DNA of 64,000 bases. Source: Chamaesiphon sp. GTDB lineage: Bacteria > Cyanobacteriota > Cyanobacteriia > Cyanobacteriales > Chamaesiphonaceae. Where the stretch lies: positions 160,001 to 224,000 of the forward strand of contig CBDFFH010000005.1 of the NCBI GenBank assembly GCA_965246715.1, in the 5' to 3' direction. The notes under the pieces are model-generated. The model was not told the origin of the DNA. It was given only the letters and a program-made list of their open reading frames with translations, and did not search any database. A program made the translations under genes and the position numbers. Position 1 is the first letter of the stretch. Each line of letters begins with the position of its first letter. Of this stretch, positions 41,409 through 50,264 are shown in pieces.

Positions 41409-41566
41409 CAACCCAAGTTGCTACCCAGAAACGCCGACGATTGAAATCGTGGCTACCGTCACAAAGTCCGCCTTCGCGGACTAATAAACTAGTCCGCGAA
41501 GGCGGACTTTGCGGCACGAGCAGCGGTTTCTAACCGCTGAGATTATAGGTAGAGCAACATGGGTTA
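41409..41566. mobile_element. MITE-like element, family A (copy 3)
   Basis: Near-identical to 40036-40194 and in the same orientation. Confidence 0.85.
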
Positions 41567-41720
41567 CCTAGATCGATATGCAGAATGTCAATTTTAGCTC
41601 AAGATCGGATACGGGGGATAGGGGCGAGTCGATGCGACACCCGTGGTCTCAGCAGAATTACGTTAGGATAATTGCCATAGAGATCGATCGCGATCCACCA
41701 TTAACGAGCTACTATTCACT

Positions 41721-42608
41721 ATGACCTCCACCGCTGCGCAGACTAAAAACTCGACCTGGATGTGGCGTGGCTACGCGATTAATTACCGCTGCGAAGGGGA
41801 CACTGGGACACCCGTATTGTTAATTCATGGCTTTGGCGCTTCTGTAGGACATTGGCGCAAAAATATTCCCGTACTGGCTCAAAGTTGTCGCTGCTATGCG
41901 ATCGATCTGATCGGGTTTGGTGGCTCGGCAAAACCGACACCTGGTGCGGAGATTGCCTATACGTTTGAAACTTGGGGCGACTTAGTAGCTGATTTTTGTC
42001 AAGAAGTCATCGGGAGTCCGACGATTTTAGTCGGCAATTCGATCGGTTGTATCGTTGCCCTCCAAGCTGCGGTGACGCATCCAGAACTGGTTAAAAGTGT
42101 CGCATTACTCAATTGTTCGCTGCGGTTGTTGCACGATCGCAAGCGGGCGACGATGCCTTGGTATCGGCAATGGGGTACGCCAATTTTGCAAGGTATATTG
42201 GGGATTAAAGCGATCGGTAATTTCTTTTTTACGCAACTCGCCCAACCCAAAGTCGTTAAGAAAATTCTCCTCCAAGCTTATCATCGACCCGAAGCCGTCA
42301 CGGATGAATTAATCGAGATTTTGATGGCTCCAGCTAAAGATCCCGGTGCGGCAGATGTATTTGTGGCATTTACTGCCTATTCCTGGGGGCCACTTCCTGA
42401 GGATTTATTACCCCAACTTGCTTGCCCCGCGATCGCGATTTGGGGTGCTGCCGATCCGTGGGAACCGATCGATCTCGGACGCGAATTGATGGCTGTATCT
42501 ACAGTACGGGAATTTGTCGCGCTACCTGATATCGGGCACTGTCCTCAAGATGAAGCCCCGGAATTGGTAAATCCAGTCCTCCAAAAGTGGATCGCTACCT
42601 CGATTTAG
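41721..42608 (+). CDS. alpha/beta fold hydrolase
   Basis: HGFGAS, GNSIG nucleophile elbow, D-PW and GHCPQDE. Confidence 0.9.
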   Translation: MTSTAAQTKNSTWMWRGYAINYRCEGDTGTPVLLIHGFGASVGHWRKNIPVLAQSCRCYAIDLIGFGGSAKPTPGAEIAYTFETWGDLVADFCQEVIGSPTILVGNSIGCIVALQAAVTHPELVKSVALLNCSLRLLHDRKRATMPWYRQWGTPILQGILGIKAIGNFFFTQLAQPKVVKKILLQAYHRPEAVTDELIEILMAPAKDPGAADVFVAFTAYSWGPLPEDLLPQLACPAIAIWGAADPWEPIDLGRELMAVSTVREFVALPDIGHCPQDEAPELVNPVLQKWIATSI

Positions 42609-42612
42609 TAAT

Positions 42613-42818
42613 TAACGTCAGTTCGGGATAAGAATAGCCTCCCCCAGATCCGGGTTCCTCCGCACCAATAACTTAGAACCAAGCACTAGTCCAAGAATGG
42701 TCTAAAAGGGAAATCCTTAACCCGAGCTGACGTTAACTAGTCCGCGTAGGCGGACTTCGTATCGTTAGCCCCGATTTCAATCGGCGGCGTTACTGGAACG
42801 AAGCCAATATGACGTTAA
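42613..42818. mobile_element. MITE-like element, family B (rearranged copy)
   Basis: TIRs TAACGTCAGTTCGGG...CCCGAGCTGACGTTA (42613-42735) surround unrelated filler. The family core AGTCCGCGTAGGCGGACTTCG...CCGATTTCAATCGG follows. Confidence 0.7.
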
Positions 42819-42832
42819 TTAGCAACAGCTTT

Positions 42833-43156
42833 TTATGACTCACACAGCCACTCTGACTTCATTTGATTATTTGCTAGCATTTCACTGATAACTACTTCGA
42901 TGGTAGCTCGATCGAGTCGTTCGACAAATAAGTCTGGGGGTAGAACATATTTAGCTGGCGCATGCTCTACTCCCAGCTCATAAGGCCAAGGGTAACGCGC
43001 CAATAGGAGAAAATCAAAAGTCCACACATTTAGTGCATACCGCCGCCGATCTGGAAGTGTCACCGAAATATTACAAAAGTTCTCAGGAGGTCTATTTGCC
43101 TGTTGACTCGGATCGCCAAGTTCTATTTCCAACCACAGTTCAAATTTTGGGTTCAT
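42833..43156 (-). CDS. hypothetical protein
   Basis: 107 aa with F.NI.V.L.D.RRYALNVWT and PPDLFVERLDR. Confidence 0.6.
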   Translation of the reverse strand: MNPKFELWLEIELGDPSQQANRPPENFCNISVTLPDRRRYALNVWTFDFLLLARYPWPYELGVEHAPAKYVLPPDLFVERLDRATIEVVISEMLANNQMKSEWLCES

Positions 43157-43329
43157 GTGTCACGAAACTACGATCGACGATCGGTAGATCGAGCAAATCT
43201 TAGATCGATCGCTCGACTAAAATAAGGATATCTCAATTTCCTTTTAGTTGGAGCGATTTTTACGATCGATAGCCTCGAAAGACACCTAGAGATCCAGGGT
43301 ACCGAGTGGTAAATTTAGGAGGATATTAG

Positions 43330-44397
43330 ATGAAACGATTGATTGTGTGTAGCGATGGTACGTGGCAAAAAATCACCAGTCCGTATCCAACTAATGTAGT
43401 AAAGATTACCCAAGCGATCGCATCCGATCCCGATAATTTAGTTTTCTATGGTGAAGGTATTGGCGTAGGTAATTTTATCGATCGGATTATGGGTGGTGCT
43501 TTTGGTTGGGGCATCGATAAAAATATTCAAGATGCCTACCGTTTTCTATGTTTGAATTATCGTCAAGGTGATGAAATTTATCTATTTGGGTTTAGTCGGG
43601 GAGCTTATACCATCCGCAGTTTAGTGGATTTGATTCGATCGGTTGGGATCCTCCCGCGTCAAGGCGTACGCAAGATTCCGCTCGCCTATAAAACCTATCA
43701 AGATGCCAAAGGTAAGTATGTCGATAAAGGTGAAGCGACTCGCGAAAGTATTAAGTTGCGAGAACTCGATGAAGTTGCCAGATTTCGACTGACGATCGCT
43801 AAAGAATTTGGTAGTGATTATCAAGAAATAGTGCCAATTACCTTATTAAGTTGTTGGGATACCGTCGGTTCGTTAGGTATTCCGCGGATACCCTGGTTGC
43901 CATTCGATCGCTTATTTAATAAAAAATATCAATTTCACAATACCAAACTCAGCAGTACGATCGCTCATGCGCTCCACGCTGTCGCCATTGACGAAAACCG
44001 CAAAGTATTTTTACAAACCCCGATGCAGCCAGCTCAACCAGGACAAGTAACGGAAGTTTGGTTCCCTGGCGGACATGGTTGTGTCGGTGGTGGTACGCAA
44101 GCCAATAGTCCACTGTCTAATGCCGCACTTTTATGGACGATCGAGTCAGTCGAAAATTTGGGTTTGGGTTTAAAATTCGATCGTAGTAAGATCGAAGATG
44201 GGATTGCGACAGATCCACTCGCTCCCTTTGCTAATGAATTAAAGTTTCCCTTTTCCGCAGGCATTAGGGTTATTCCATCAGGGGCAAGCTTTCATGCTAG
44301 TGTGTATCAGCGGTGGCAACTCGATCGCAGCTACCATCCTAAAAATCTCGCAAGTTATCAGGATGTACTAGATGGATCGATCGATAAGATTGCATAA
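43330..44397 (+). CDS. DUF2235 (Tle1-like alpha/beta hydrolase) protein
   Basis: KRLIVCSDGTW, TNV, FGFSRGA, WDTV, HAVAIDE and WFPG.H. AGGAGG RBS. Confidence 0.9.
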   Translation: MKRLIVCSDGTWQKITSPYPTNVVKITQAIASDPDNLVFYGEGIGVGNFIDRIMGGAFGWGIDKNIQDAYRFLCLNYRQGDEIYLFGFSRGAYTIRSLVDLIRSVGILPRQGVRKIPLAYKTYQDAKGKYVDKGEATRESIKLRELDEVARFRLTIAKEFGSDYQEIVPITLLSCWDTVGSLGIPRIPWLPFDRLFNKKYQFHNTKLSSTIAHALHAVAIDENRKVFLQTPMQPAQPGQVTEVWFPGGHGCVGGGTQANSPLSNAALLWTIESVENLGLGLKFDRSKIEDGIATDPLAPFANELKFPFSAGIRVIPSGASFHASVYQRWQLDRSYHPKNLASYQDVLDGSIDKIA

Positions 44398-44470
44398 ACC
44401 GATCGAGCTAATTATCCGTAAGTTAGCGAATAATTAACCGTCGATAAAAACGTTACCATTAACAGTGGCT

Positions 44471-44962
44471 ATGTGTAGCTGGCTTCGAGTCAACGGAATT
44501 GTCAAACAGGGTCATGGTGTCGCATCTGGCCGCTCGGGCGATCCGCGTTTCCCTAATGGGACGATCGCCATGCAGAAGCCTTTTTTCAAGGAAAGAGGAC
44601 TAGATCTCGATCGCTATTTTCCTGGTACGATTAATGTCTCGATCGACCCTTACAAATACGCGATCGTTCGCGCTAAATATACATTTAGAGATGTCAAGTG
44701 GGCTTCAGCAGCACCAAGTGAGGATTTTTCATTTTTCGACTGTCGGCTGTTACTAAATAACGGTACAAAGCTAGCAGGATTAATTTACTATCCACATCCC
44801 GATACCAAACCAGAACACTTTCAAGATCCTGATATTCTTGAGATTATGACTGAGTTGATTCAAGGTTTAGAATATGGAGACAAGTTAATTGTCGAAATGG
44901 ATGAGCTGCAGATCGACATTTCATGCATTAATATGGCTCTCGATCGACAAGTTAAGGATTGA
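44471..44962 (+). CDS. hypothetical protein, possibly a riboflavin-kinase-like barrel
   Basis: G.V..GHGVASG, GTI.MQ.P.F and GTINVSI motifs. Confidence 0.55.
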   Translation: MCSWLRVNGIVKQGHGVASGRSGDPRFPNGTIAMQKPFFKERGLDLDRYFPGTINVSIDPYKYAIVRAKYTFRDVKWASAAPSEDFSFFDCRLLLNNGTKLAGLIYYPHPDTKPEHFQDPDILEIMTELIQGLEYGDKLIVEMDELQIDISCINMALDRQVKD

Positions 44963-45002
44963 ATAGATCGATAACGATCGACATAGCCGATCGACTAATA
45001 TT

Positions 45003-45255
45003 TAACCTGAGTTCGGGATAATAGAGCCTGAAGACTGAAGTCTCGGCTCATGATGCAAAGTCCGGTTGTTGCCGCGAGCGGCAAAAGCCTGCCTTCGCGG
45101 ACTATTCTCTGAGTCCGCGAAGGCGGACTTTGCAACACTAGCACCGATTTGCGAAAAGTGCGGTCTTGGGGTTTCCCCAAGTAGAGCACCTTTTCAAGAC
45201 ACAATCGAGTGCGGTGTGAGAACGTAGCAAATATCTTTAACCCGAACTGATGTTA
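45003..45255. mobile_element. MITE-like element, family B, with two nested mini-insertions
   Basis: TIR TAACCTGAGTTCGGG...CCCGAACTGATGTTA. Extra segments at ~45064-45090 and 45151-45201 relative to the copy at 15908. Confidence 0.8.
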
Positions 45256-45293
45256 TCTATCATTACTTACCTTCGCCTTACACACATAGCACC

Positions 45294-46424
45294 TTGGACA
45301 TTTATCAACTCGCAGTCCGTCCCCTGTTATTCTCCGCACTCAAAGCCGATCCGGAAGTAGTCCACAAGCAGTCTTTAGCGTTATTACACGCGATCGATTC
45401 GACTCCTAAGTCTCCACTATCCAAACTCTTTAAAGCAAGCGTTCAGCAGTATTTTTGTCGGTCTGACGATCGATTGTCACAGTCATTATTCGGGCTAAAT
45501 TTCCCCAATCCTGTCGGGTTGGCGGCTGGTTTCGATAAGGATGGAATCGCGGCGGGAATGTGGCAATATTTAGGCTTTGGCTTTGCCGAATTGGGGACGG
45601 TGACTTACCATGCGCAACCTGGAAATCCGCAGCCGAGATTGTTCCGACTCCCCCAAGATCGCGCGGCGTTAAATCGGATGGGATTTAATAATCTGGGCAG
45701 CGAGGCAATGGCGATAGCCCTCAATCAGCGTCAACGTAGCGATTTTGGCATTCCGATCGGGATTAATTTAGGTAAGTCCAAGATAACCCCATTAGAAGCT
45801 GCGGCGGCGGATTATTTAGGGAGTTTTCAACGGCTGCAAGATCTGGGTGACTACTTCGTTATCAATGTCAGTTCGCCAAATACACCGAACTTACGCGACT
45901 TACAGGCGATCGAACCGTTGCGGATAATTTTTGATACTTTACAACAGGAAAATCAATGTCGCAAACCAATTTTAGTCAAAATTGCGCCCGATCTGGCGTG
46001 GGAAGATATCGCCGCTGTCGTCGAACTATCTCAAGCTTATCAACTAGCTGGAATTATCGCCACGAATACCACGATCGATCGATCGCAATTAACCACTCAA
46101 ATAATTGCCGCGACAGGTAAAAAAGTTACCGAAGAAGCCGGCGGCATCAGCGGCGCACCAGTGCGCGAAAAGTCTACCGCAGTCATCCGCTTTATCCATC
46201 AGCAGACGGGTGGTAAACTGCCGATTATCGGTGTCGGTGGGATCTTTACCGCTGAGGATGCGTGGGAGAAAATTACCGCAGGAGCGAGTCTGATTCAAGT
46301 TTACACGGGTTGGACTTATAATGGCCCGTGGATGGTCGATCGGATCTTAACTGGATTATCGGCAAAATTAGAATCGTGTGGTTTATTATCGATCTCCGCA
46401 GCCATTGGCAATGAATCGGTGTAG
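45294..46424 (+). CDS. pyrD: quinone-dependent dihydroorotate dehydrogenase
   Basis: NPVGLAAGFDK, GNPQPRLFRL, NRMGFNN, NVSSPNTP, KIAPD and GGISG. Confidence 0.96.
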   Translation: MDIYQLAVRPLLFSALKADPEVVHKQSLALLHAIDSTPKSPLSKLFKASVQQYFCRSDDRLSQSLFGLNFPNPVGLAAGFDKDGIAAGMWQYLGFGFAELGTVTYHAQPGNPQPRLFRLPQDRAALNRMGFNNLGSEAMAIALNQRQRSDFGIPIGINLGKSKITPLEAAAADYLGSFQRLQDLGDYFVINVSSPNTPNLRDLQAIEPLRIIFDTLQQENQCRKPILVKIAPDLAWEDIAAVVELSQAYQLAGIIATNTTIDRSQLTTQIIAATGKKVTEEAGGISGAPVREKSTAVIRFIHQQTGGKLPIIGVGGIFTAEDAWEKITAGASLIQVYTGWTYNGPWMVDRILTGLSAKLESCGLLSISAAIGNESV

Positions 46425-46439
46425 CTCCAGATAAATAAA

Positions 46440-46471
46440 AAGGGCTGGTAAATAATTATTTACCAGCCCTT
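46440..46471. terminator. perfect palindrome downstream of pyrD
   Basis: AAGGGCTGGTAAATAATTATTTACCAGCCCTT. Confidence 0.65.
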
Positions 46472-46903
46472 CAAAGCTTAAACCCCGATTTCCCTTAATA
46501 ATGGTGAATTTAAAATAAGACCAACATTACTAAAAAAGAATTATTAGATTCGGATGACTAGTTTGAAAAGATTTAAATTAGCGTCTCGAACCTATGTGTA
46601 AAATATAACTTTATCGATCTGGAGATGGCATCAGCCATTTGATGTAAGCCAGATCGTCAGCCAATTTACCGAAGTGAGAACTAGTTAGCTCCAATTGCAT
46701 CGCGACGCTCGAAAATCGATCGATCGGCATCAAGATCGCTCTCCTAGCAATCGGCTTAACCCCATCTGATAGTGGATTTTCAGCAGTCAAAATTTGGCAA
46801 ATCTCCGAGCGCTACATATTGGTAGAAAATGCCGATCGAGGCGAATTCACACTGAATGTCTCAATTTGCGGAATAATCGTATTACTACCGATCGATAAAT
46901 GAT

Positions 46904-47674
46904 ATGAGTTTGTGGTTTAAACGGTTAATCGCAGCCATCTTTCTAGGCGGACAAGCGATCGTTCATATTCTTAAGGGTAGATTTAACTATCCGAATATTG
47001 TCGAGCAAATGGCGCTAGTGGGGCCTGAGTCGCTGTTAATCGCCCTTGTAACATCAACGACGATCGGGATGGTATTTACAATCCAGGTGGCACGAGAATT
47101 TATTAATATCGGTGCGGGACAAGTCGTTGGCGGAGTCCTCTCACTCGCACTCACTCGCGAACTCGCTCCCGTACTCACAGCAGTAGTATTAGCTGGGAGA
47201 GTCGGTTCTGCGTTTGCAGCAGAACTCGGTACGATGAAAGTCAGCGAACAAATCGATGCACTGTATATTCTCAAAACCGATCCTGTCGATTATTTAGTGA
47301 TTCCGCGTTTGGTAGCTTGTTGTGTGATGTTGCCATTGCTGACGATTTTAGCGATCGTCACTGGAATGCTCGGTGGATTAATCATTGCAACTACGCTCTT
47401 TGGGATCTCGGGACGCGTATTTTTAGACTCGGCTCGCAATTTTTTAGATGCTTGGGATATCTGTAGCGCACCGATTAAGGCCGTTTGTTTCGGCGCGTTG
47501 ATTGCGATTATCGGTTGTAGTTGGGGAATGACGACGACAGGTGGTGCAAAGGGGGTGGGTCAATCGACGACTACGGCTGTCGTGACATCGTTATTAGCGA
47601 TTTTTGTCTCCAACTTTTTTCTGTCTTGGATTATGTTTCAAGGCTCTGGTAGTGCGGGATCTAAAGCTTTATAG
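46904..47674 (+). CDS. mlaE: MlaE/TGD1-family lipid ABC transporter permease
   Basis: RELAPVLTAVVLAGRVGSAFAAELGTMKVSEQIDAL and GAKGVGQSTTTAVV. Confidence 0.92.
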   Translation: MSLWFKRLIAAIFLGGQAIVHILKGRFNYPNIVEQMALVGPESLLIALVTSTTIGMVFTIQVAREFINIGAGQVVGGVLSLALTRELAPVLTAVVLAGRVGSAFAAELGTMKVSEQIDALYILKTDPVDYLVIPRLVACCVMLPLLTILAIVTGMLGGLIIATTLFGISGRVFLDSARNFLDAWDICSAPIKAVCFGALIAIIGCSWGMTTTGGAKGVGQSTTTAVVTSLLAIFVSNFFLSWIMFQGSGSAGSKAL

Positions 47675-47689
47675 GTAGGGGATAGTAGT

Positions 47690-47779
47690 TAACGTCGGTT
47701 CGGGATAAGAAGAGCCTAGAGACTTCAATCGAGGGCGGTACTCGAACGAAGCAAATATCCTTAACCCGAACTGATGCTA
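47690..47779. mobile_element. MITE-like element, family B (internally deleted copy)
   Basis: TAACGTCGGTTCGGGATAAG...CTTAACCCGAACTGATGCTA, lacking the GTCCGC core. Confidence 0.7.
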
Positions 47780-47781
47780 GT

Positions 47782-48657
47782 TTAGTAGTCGAGCAAGAGA
47801 TCGATCGAGTTATTTGCCTGACTTTGATAACTGCCACCGAAGAGGTTGTAGTGATTGAGGATATGGTAAAGGTTGTATAAATGCTTGCGACGCTCGTAGC
47901 CTGGAGCTAATGGATATACCGACGAGTAACCATGGTAAAAAGCCGCCGGAAAGCCCCCAAATAGCTCCGTCATCGCCAAGTCTACCTCTCGATCGCCCCA
48001 ATAGGTAGCAGGGTCGAAGATGACGGGTTCTGTGGCTGTAAAACTGGCATTCCCACCCCACAGATCGCCATGTACTAAAGATGGTTGTGGGTAACGCTCG
48101 GCTAAAATAGCAGGAATCGCCGCCAGTAATCGATCGGCTTGCGGAAAATGACCGCCCTTGCGCTGGGCGAGTTGGAGCTGATAACCGATCCGATGGTTTT
48201 TAAAAAAAGTCGTCCAATCGGTTTCCCAAGTATTAATTTGGGGAGTCGATCCGATCGTGTTATTTACATGCCAGCCAAACTTAGGAGTACTGCTAATCCG
48301 ATAATCGTGCATTGCTGCGAGATTGCGTCCCAGTTGTATCCAGTCTTTGGGATTTGCTCGACTCGTTAAATCCAGACATTCTAAAACTAAATAACTATTA
48401 CTCGCTGTAATCCCCCAACAAATCGGAACGGGGACTTTAATCGTTGCGGTCACCGCTAGCTCCTGTAATCCCTTGGCTTCAGCCACAAACATGTCGATGA
48501 GAGTTGGCTGATTGAGTTTGATAAAATAGCGATGTTGGCCATCGTCACTAATAACATATGTCTGATTGATACAGCCACCACCGACAGATTTGCGATCGAG
48601 ATTCTCGAATGTTTTCCCTATAGCTTGACCGAGTTGACTTGCAATTTTACTCCACAT
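47782..48657 (-). CDS. fructosamine kinase family protein
   Basis: GGGCIN, N.IGSTPQ.N, LVHGDLWGGN, FDPA.Y.GDREVDLAM and LYHILNH. Confidence 0.92.
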   Translation of the reverse strand: MWSKIASQLGQAIGKTFENLDRKSVGGGCINQTYVISDDGQHRYFIKLNQPTLIDMFVAEAKGLQELAVTATIKVPVPICWGITASNSYLVLECLDLTSRANPKDWIQLGRNLAAMHDYRISSTPKFGWHVNNTIGSTPQINTWETDWTTFFKNHRIGYQLQLAQRKGGHFPQADRLLAAIPAILAERYPQPSLVHGDLWGGNASFTATEPVIFDPATYWGDREVDLAMTELFGGFPAAFYHGYSSVYPLAPGYERRKHLYNLYHILNHYNLFGGSYQSQANNSIDLLLDY

Positions 48658-48691
48658 CTGATGCTCTTCCCCTTGCAGTACGTTCTCAATT

Positions 48692-49070
48692 TTAAGTAAC
48701 TGGCGGGAGGATGGATGTTAGATCGATCGAGATATTTGGAAATGCTAATGGCGAATATCTATTCGGTTCGGATAAAATGAGTCGATCTGTATAGCCTGTC
48801 GCAGTCGGGTTACGGAAGATATTTAACTGACGATTTTTGAGATCTACCACCCAGTATTCCATAATTCCAGCATGGGCATAGAATTTATCTTTAACCTCAC
48901 AATCCTGCTTGAGCGTCGAGTCTGCTACCTCTACTACTAAATATATATCTTCAGGATAAGGGTGATGCTCGGTATAATCGAGGACCGTTCCTTTCACAAT
49001 AGCTAAATCTGGTTCTGGTTCGGAGAAATTATCTAATTGAATCGGATCTTGAGTCCGAATCAAATCACTA
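48692..49070 (-). pseudogene. Uma2 family gene, 5' part removed at the IS end
   Basis: QDPIQLDNFSEPEPD, VEVADS and EYWVVD are present. The N-terminal part is not found beyond the IS. Confidence 0.8.
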
Positions 49071-49071
49071 G

Positions 49072-50209
49072 GGGAGCATCCCACTTTTTATTTAGCGATC
49101 GCAAATTAACCCGTTGAGGTAGGCGCAGCGATGCGCTAATACTTGAGGAACATTTTCAGATTTCCACTGCGCTCCAGAAATTTTAGTCCGGCGATCGATC
49201 TGTTTAATTGTAGACTCAATGGAACCAGAACCAATAGAGCAGATTTGTTCGGCTTGAAAATAATAATAATTAATTATCCGATGACGATGTTTCTCTAAAT
49301 AAGCACAAAAGTTTTCAGCTTGCTTGAGATTACAATCACCAAACAACTTAATCGTCTCATCAACTTTTCCGTACCAGAGTAATTCTCTGGCTGCAAATAA
49401 TCTTTGGTTGGAACCGCCAATTTTATGGAGATTTTCCATCAAATGAAACCAGTCGAGAATTTCTCTTCTTTCACCAATAGGTACAAATTCCTTGATGATA
49501 TTCCATACCCCGTCATGGCCATCACCTAAGCAAGTAACAACTGGAGCTAATTCTTGACTATTTACCCAATTAACGATCGTCTCATTTTCTTGAAATGATG
49601 ATGCAATTTTTTGCTGTTGATGTAGTACTGTTGCTTTGTATCCTTTCCAGCTACACACCTCTCCCTTTGGGGTTCTCACTCGAATATTCCCCCCATCTAC
49701 ACTCAATTCTGCCACGGGTGTCTCAGCTTGAGGCAATTCAAATTCTTGTCTGTGAATTAACCTCTGTTGGGCACTTTTTGATATCTCCACTCCAGTTAAA
49801 TATTTGACTTCCTCTGTTGTCCTTTCGTAAGAAATTGATGCACTTATACGCAAGCAACAAGCTTCCAAATACGGACTGATTTGGGTATGACTTTTGATAT
49901 TTAGCTTGGCTGCCTGTTTGCTTGTGATTGCTAATTCTCCAATTATGCTTTGGATCTGTCTTTTATATCCTCCAGTTTCGACTGTGACATTTTCGATAAA
50001 AAAATTCCGACGGATGGCATCACATACTCTTGCATTCTCGCTCTCACCGCTTCTTCGATTTTTCCTAAGCTTGTTAGTTCTTCTTTTGGTGTATTTTTAT
50101 ACAATATTTTGGCAATAGCTTTTGTGTGTCGATCGAGTTCTTTTTGCTCTTCTGGACTCATTACACTACCTTAGTTTACTTGACCCCATTATCTCAAGAT
50201 TATGCTCCC
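49072..50209 (-). mobile_element. ISKra4-type insertion sequence
   Basis: Terminal GGGAGCAT...ATGCTCCC, a two-frame transposase and no visible target duplication. Confidence 0.8.
49092..50161 (-). CDS. ISKra4-type DDE transposase split over two frames (probable -1 frameshift at the T7 run)
   Basis: ORF1 50161-49943 overlaps ORF2 (SVDGG, LGDGHDG, ILDWFHL, IGSG.IES..KQ). Slippery ATTTTTTT at 50005-49998. Confidence 0.8.
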
Positions 50210-50264
50210 TCTGCTGCTATTTTCACCAGATTTCTCGATCGCCATACTAGTACATACGCTTTAT

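Noticed and set aside
41341..41517. 59-aa N-terminal extension of the aminotransferase
   Set aside because: It starts inside the MITE. The family N-terminus begins at ATG 41340.
43330..44397. type VI secretion effector locus
   Set aside because: DUF2235 stands alone, with no vgrG, PAAR or hcp nearby.
44995..45204. 69-aa ORF
   Set aside because: It lies almost entirely within a repeat element. The shared QSPPSRT peptide just reflects the palindromic core.
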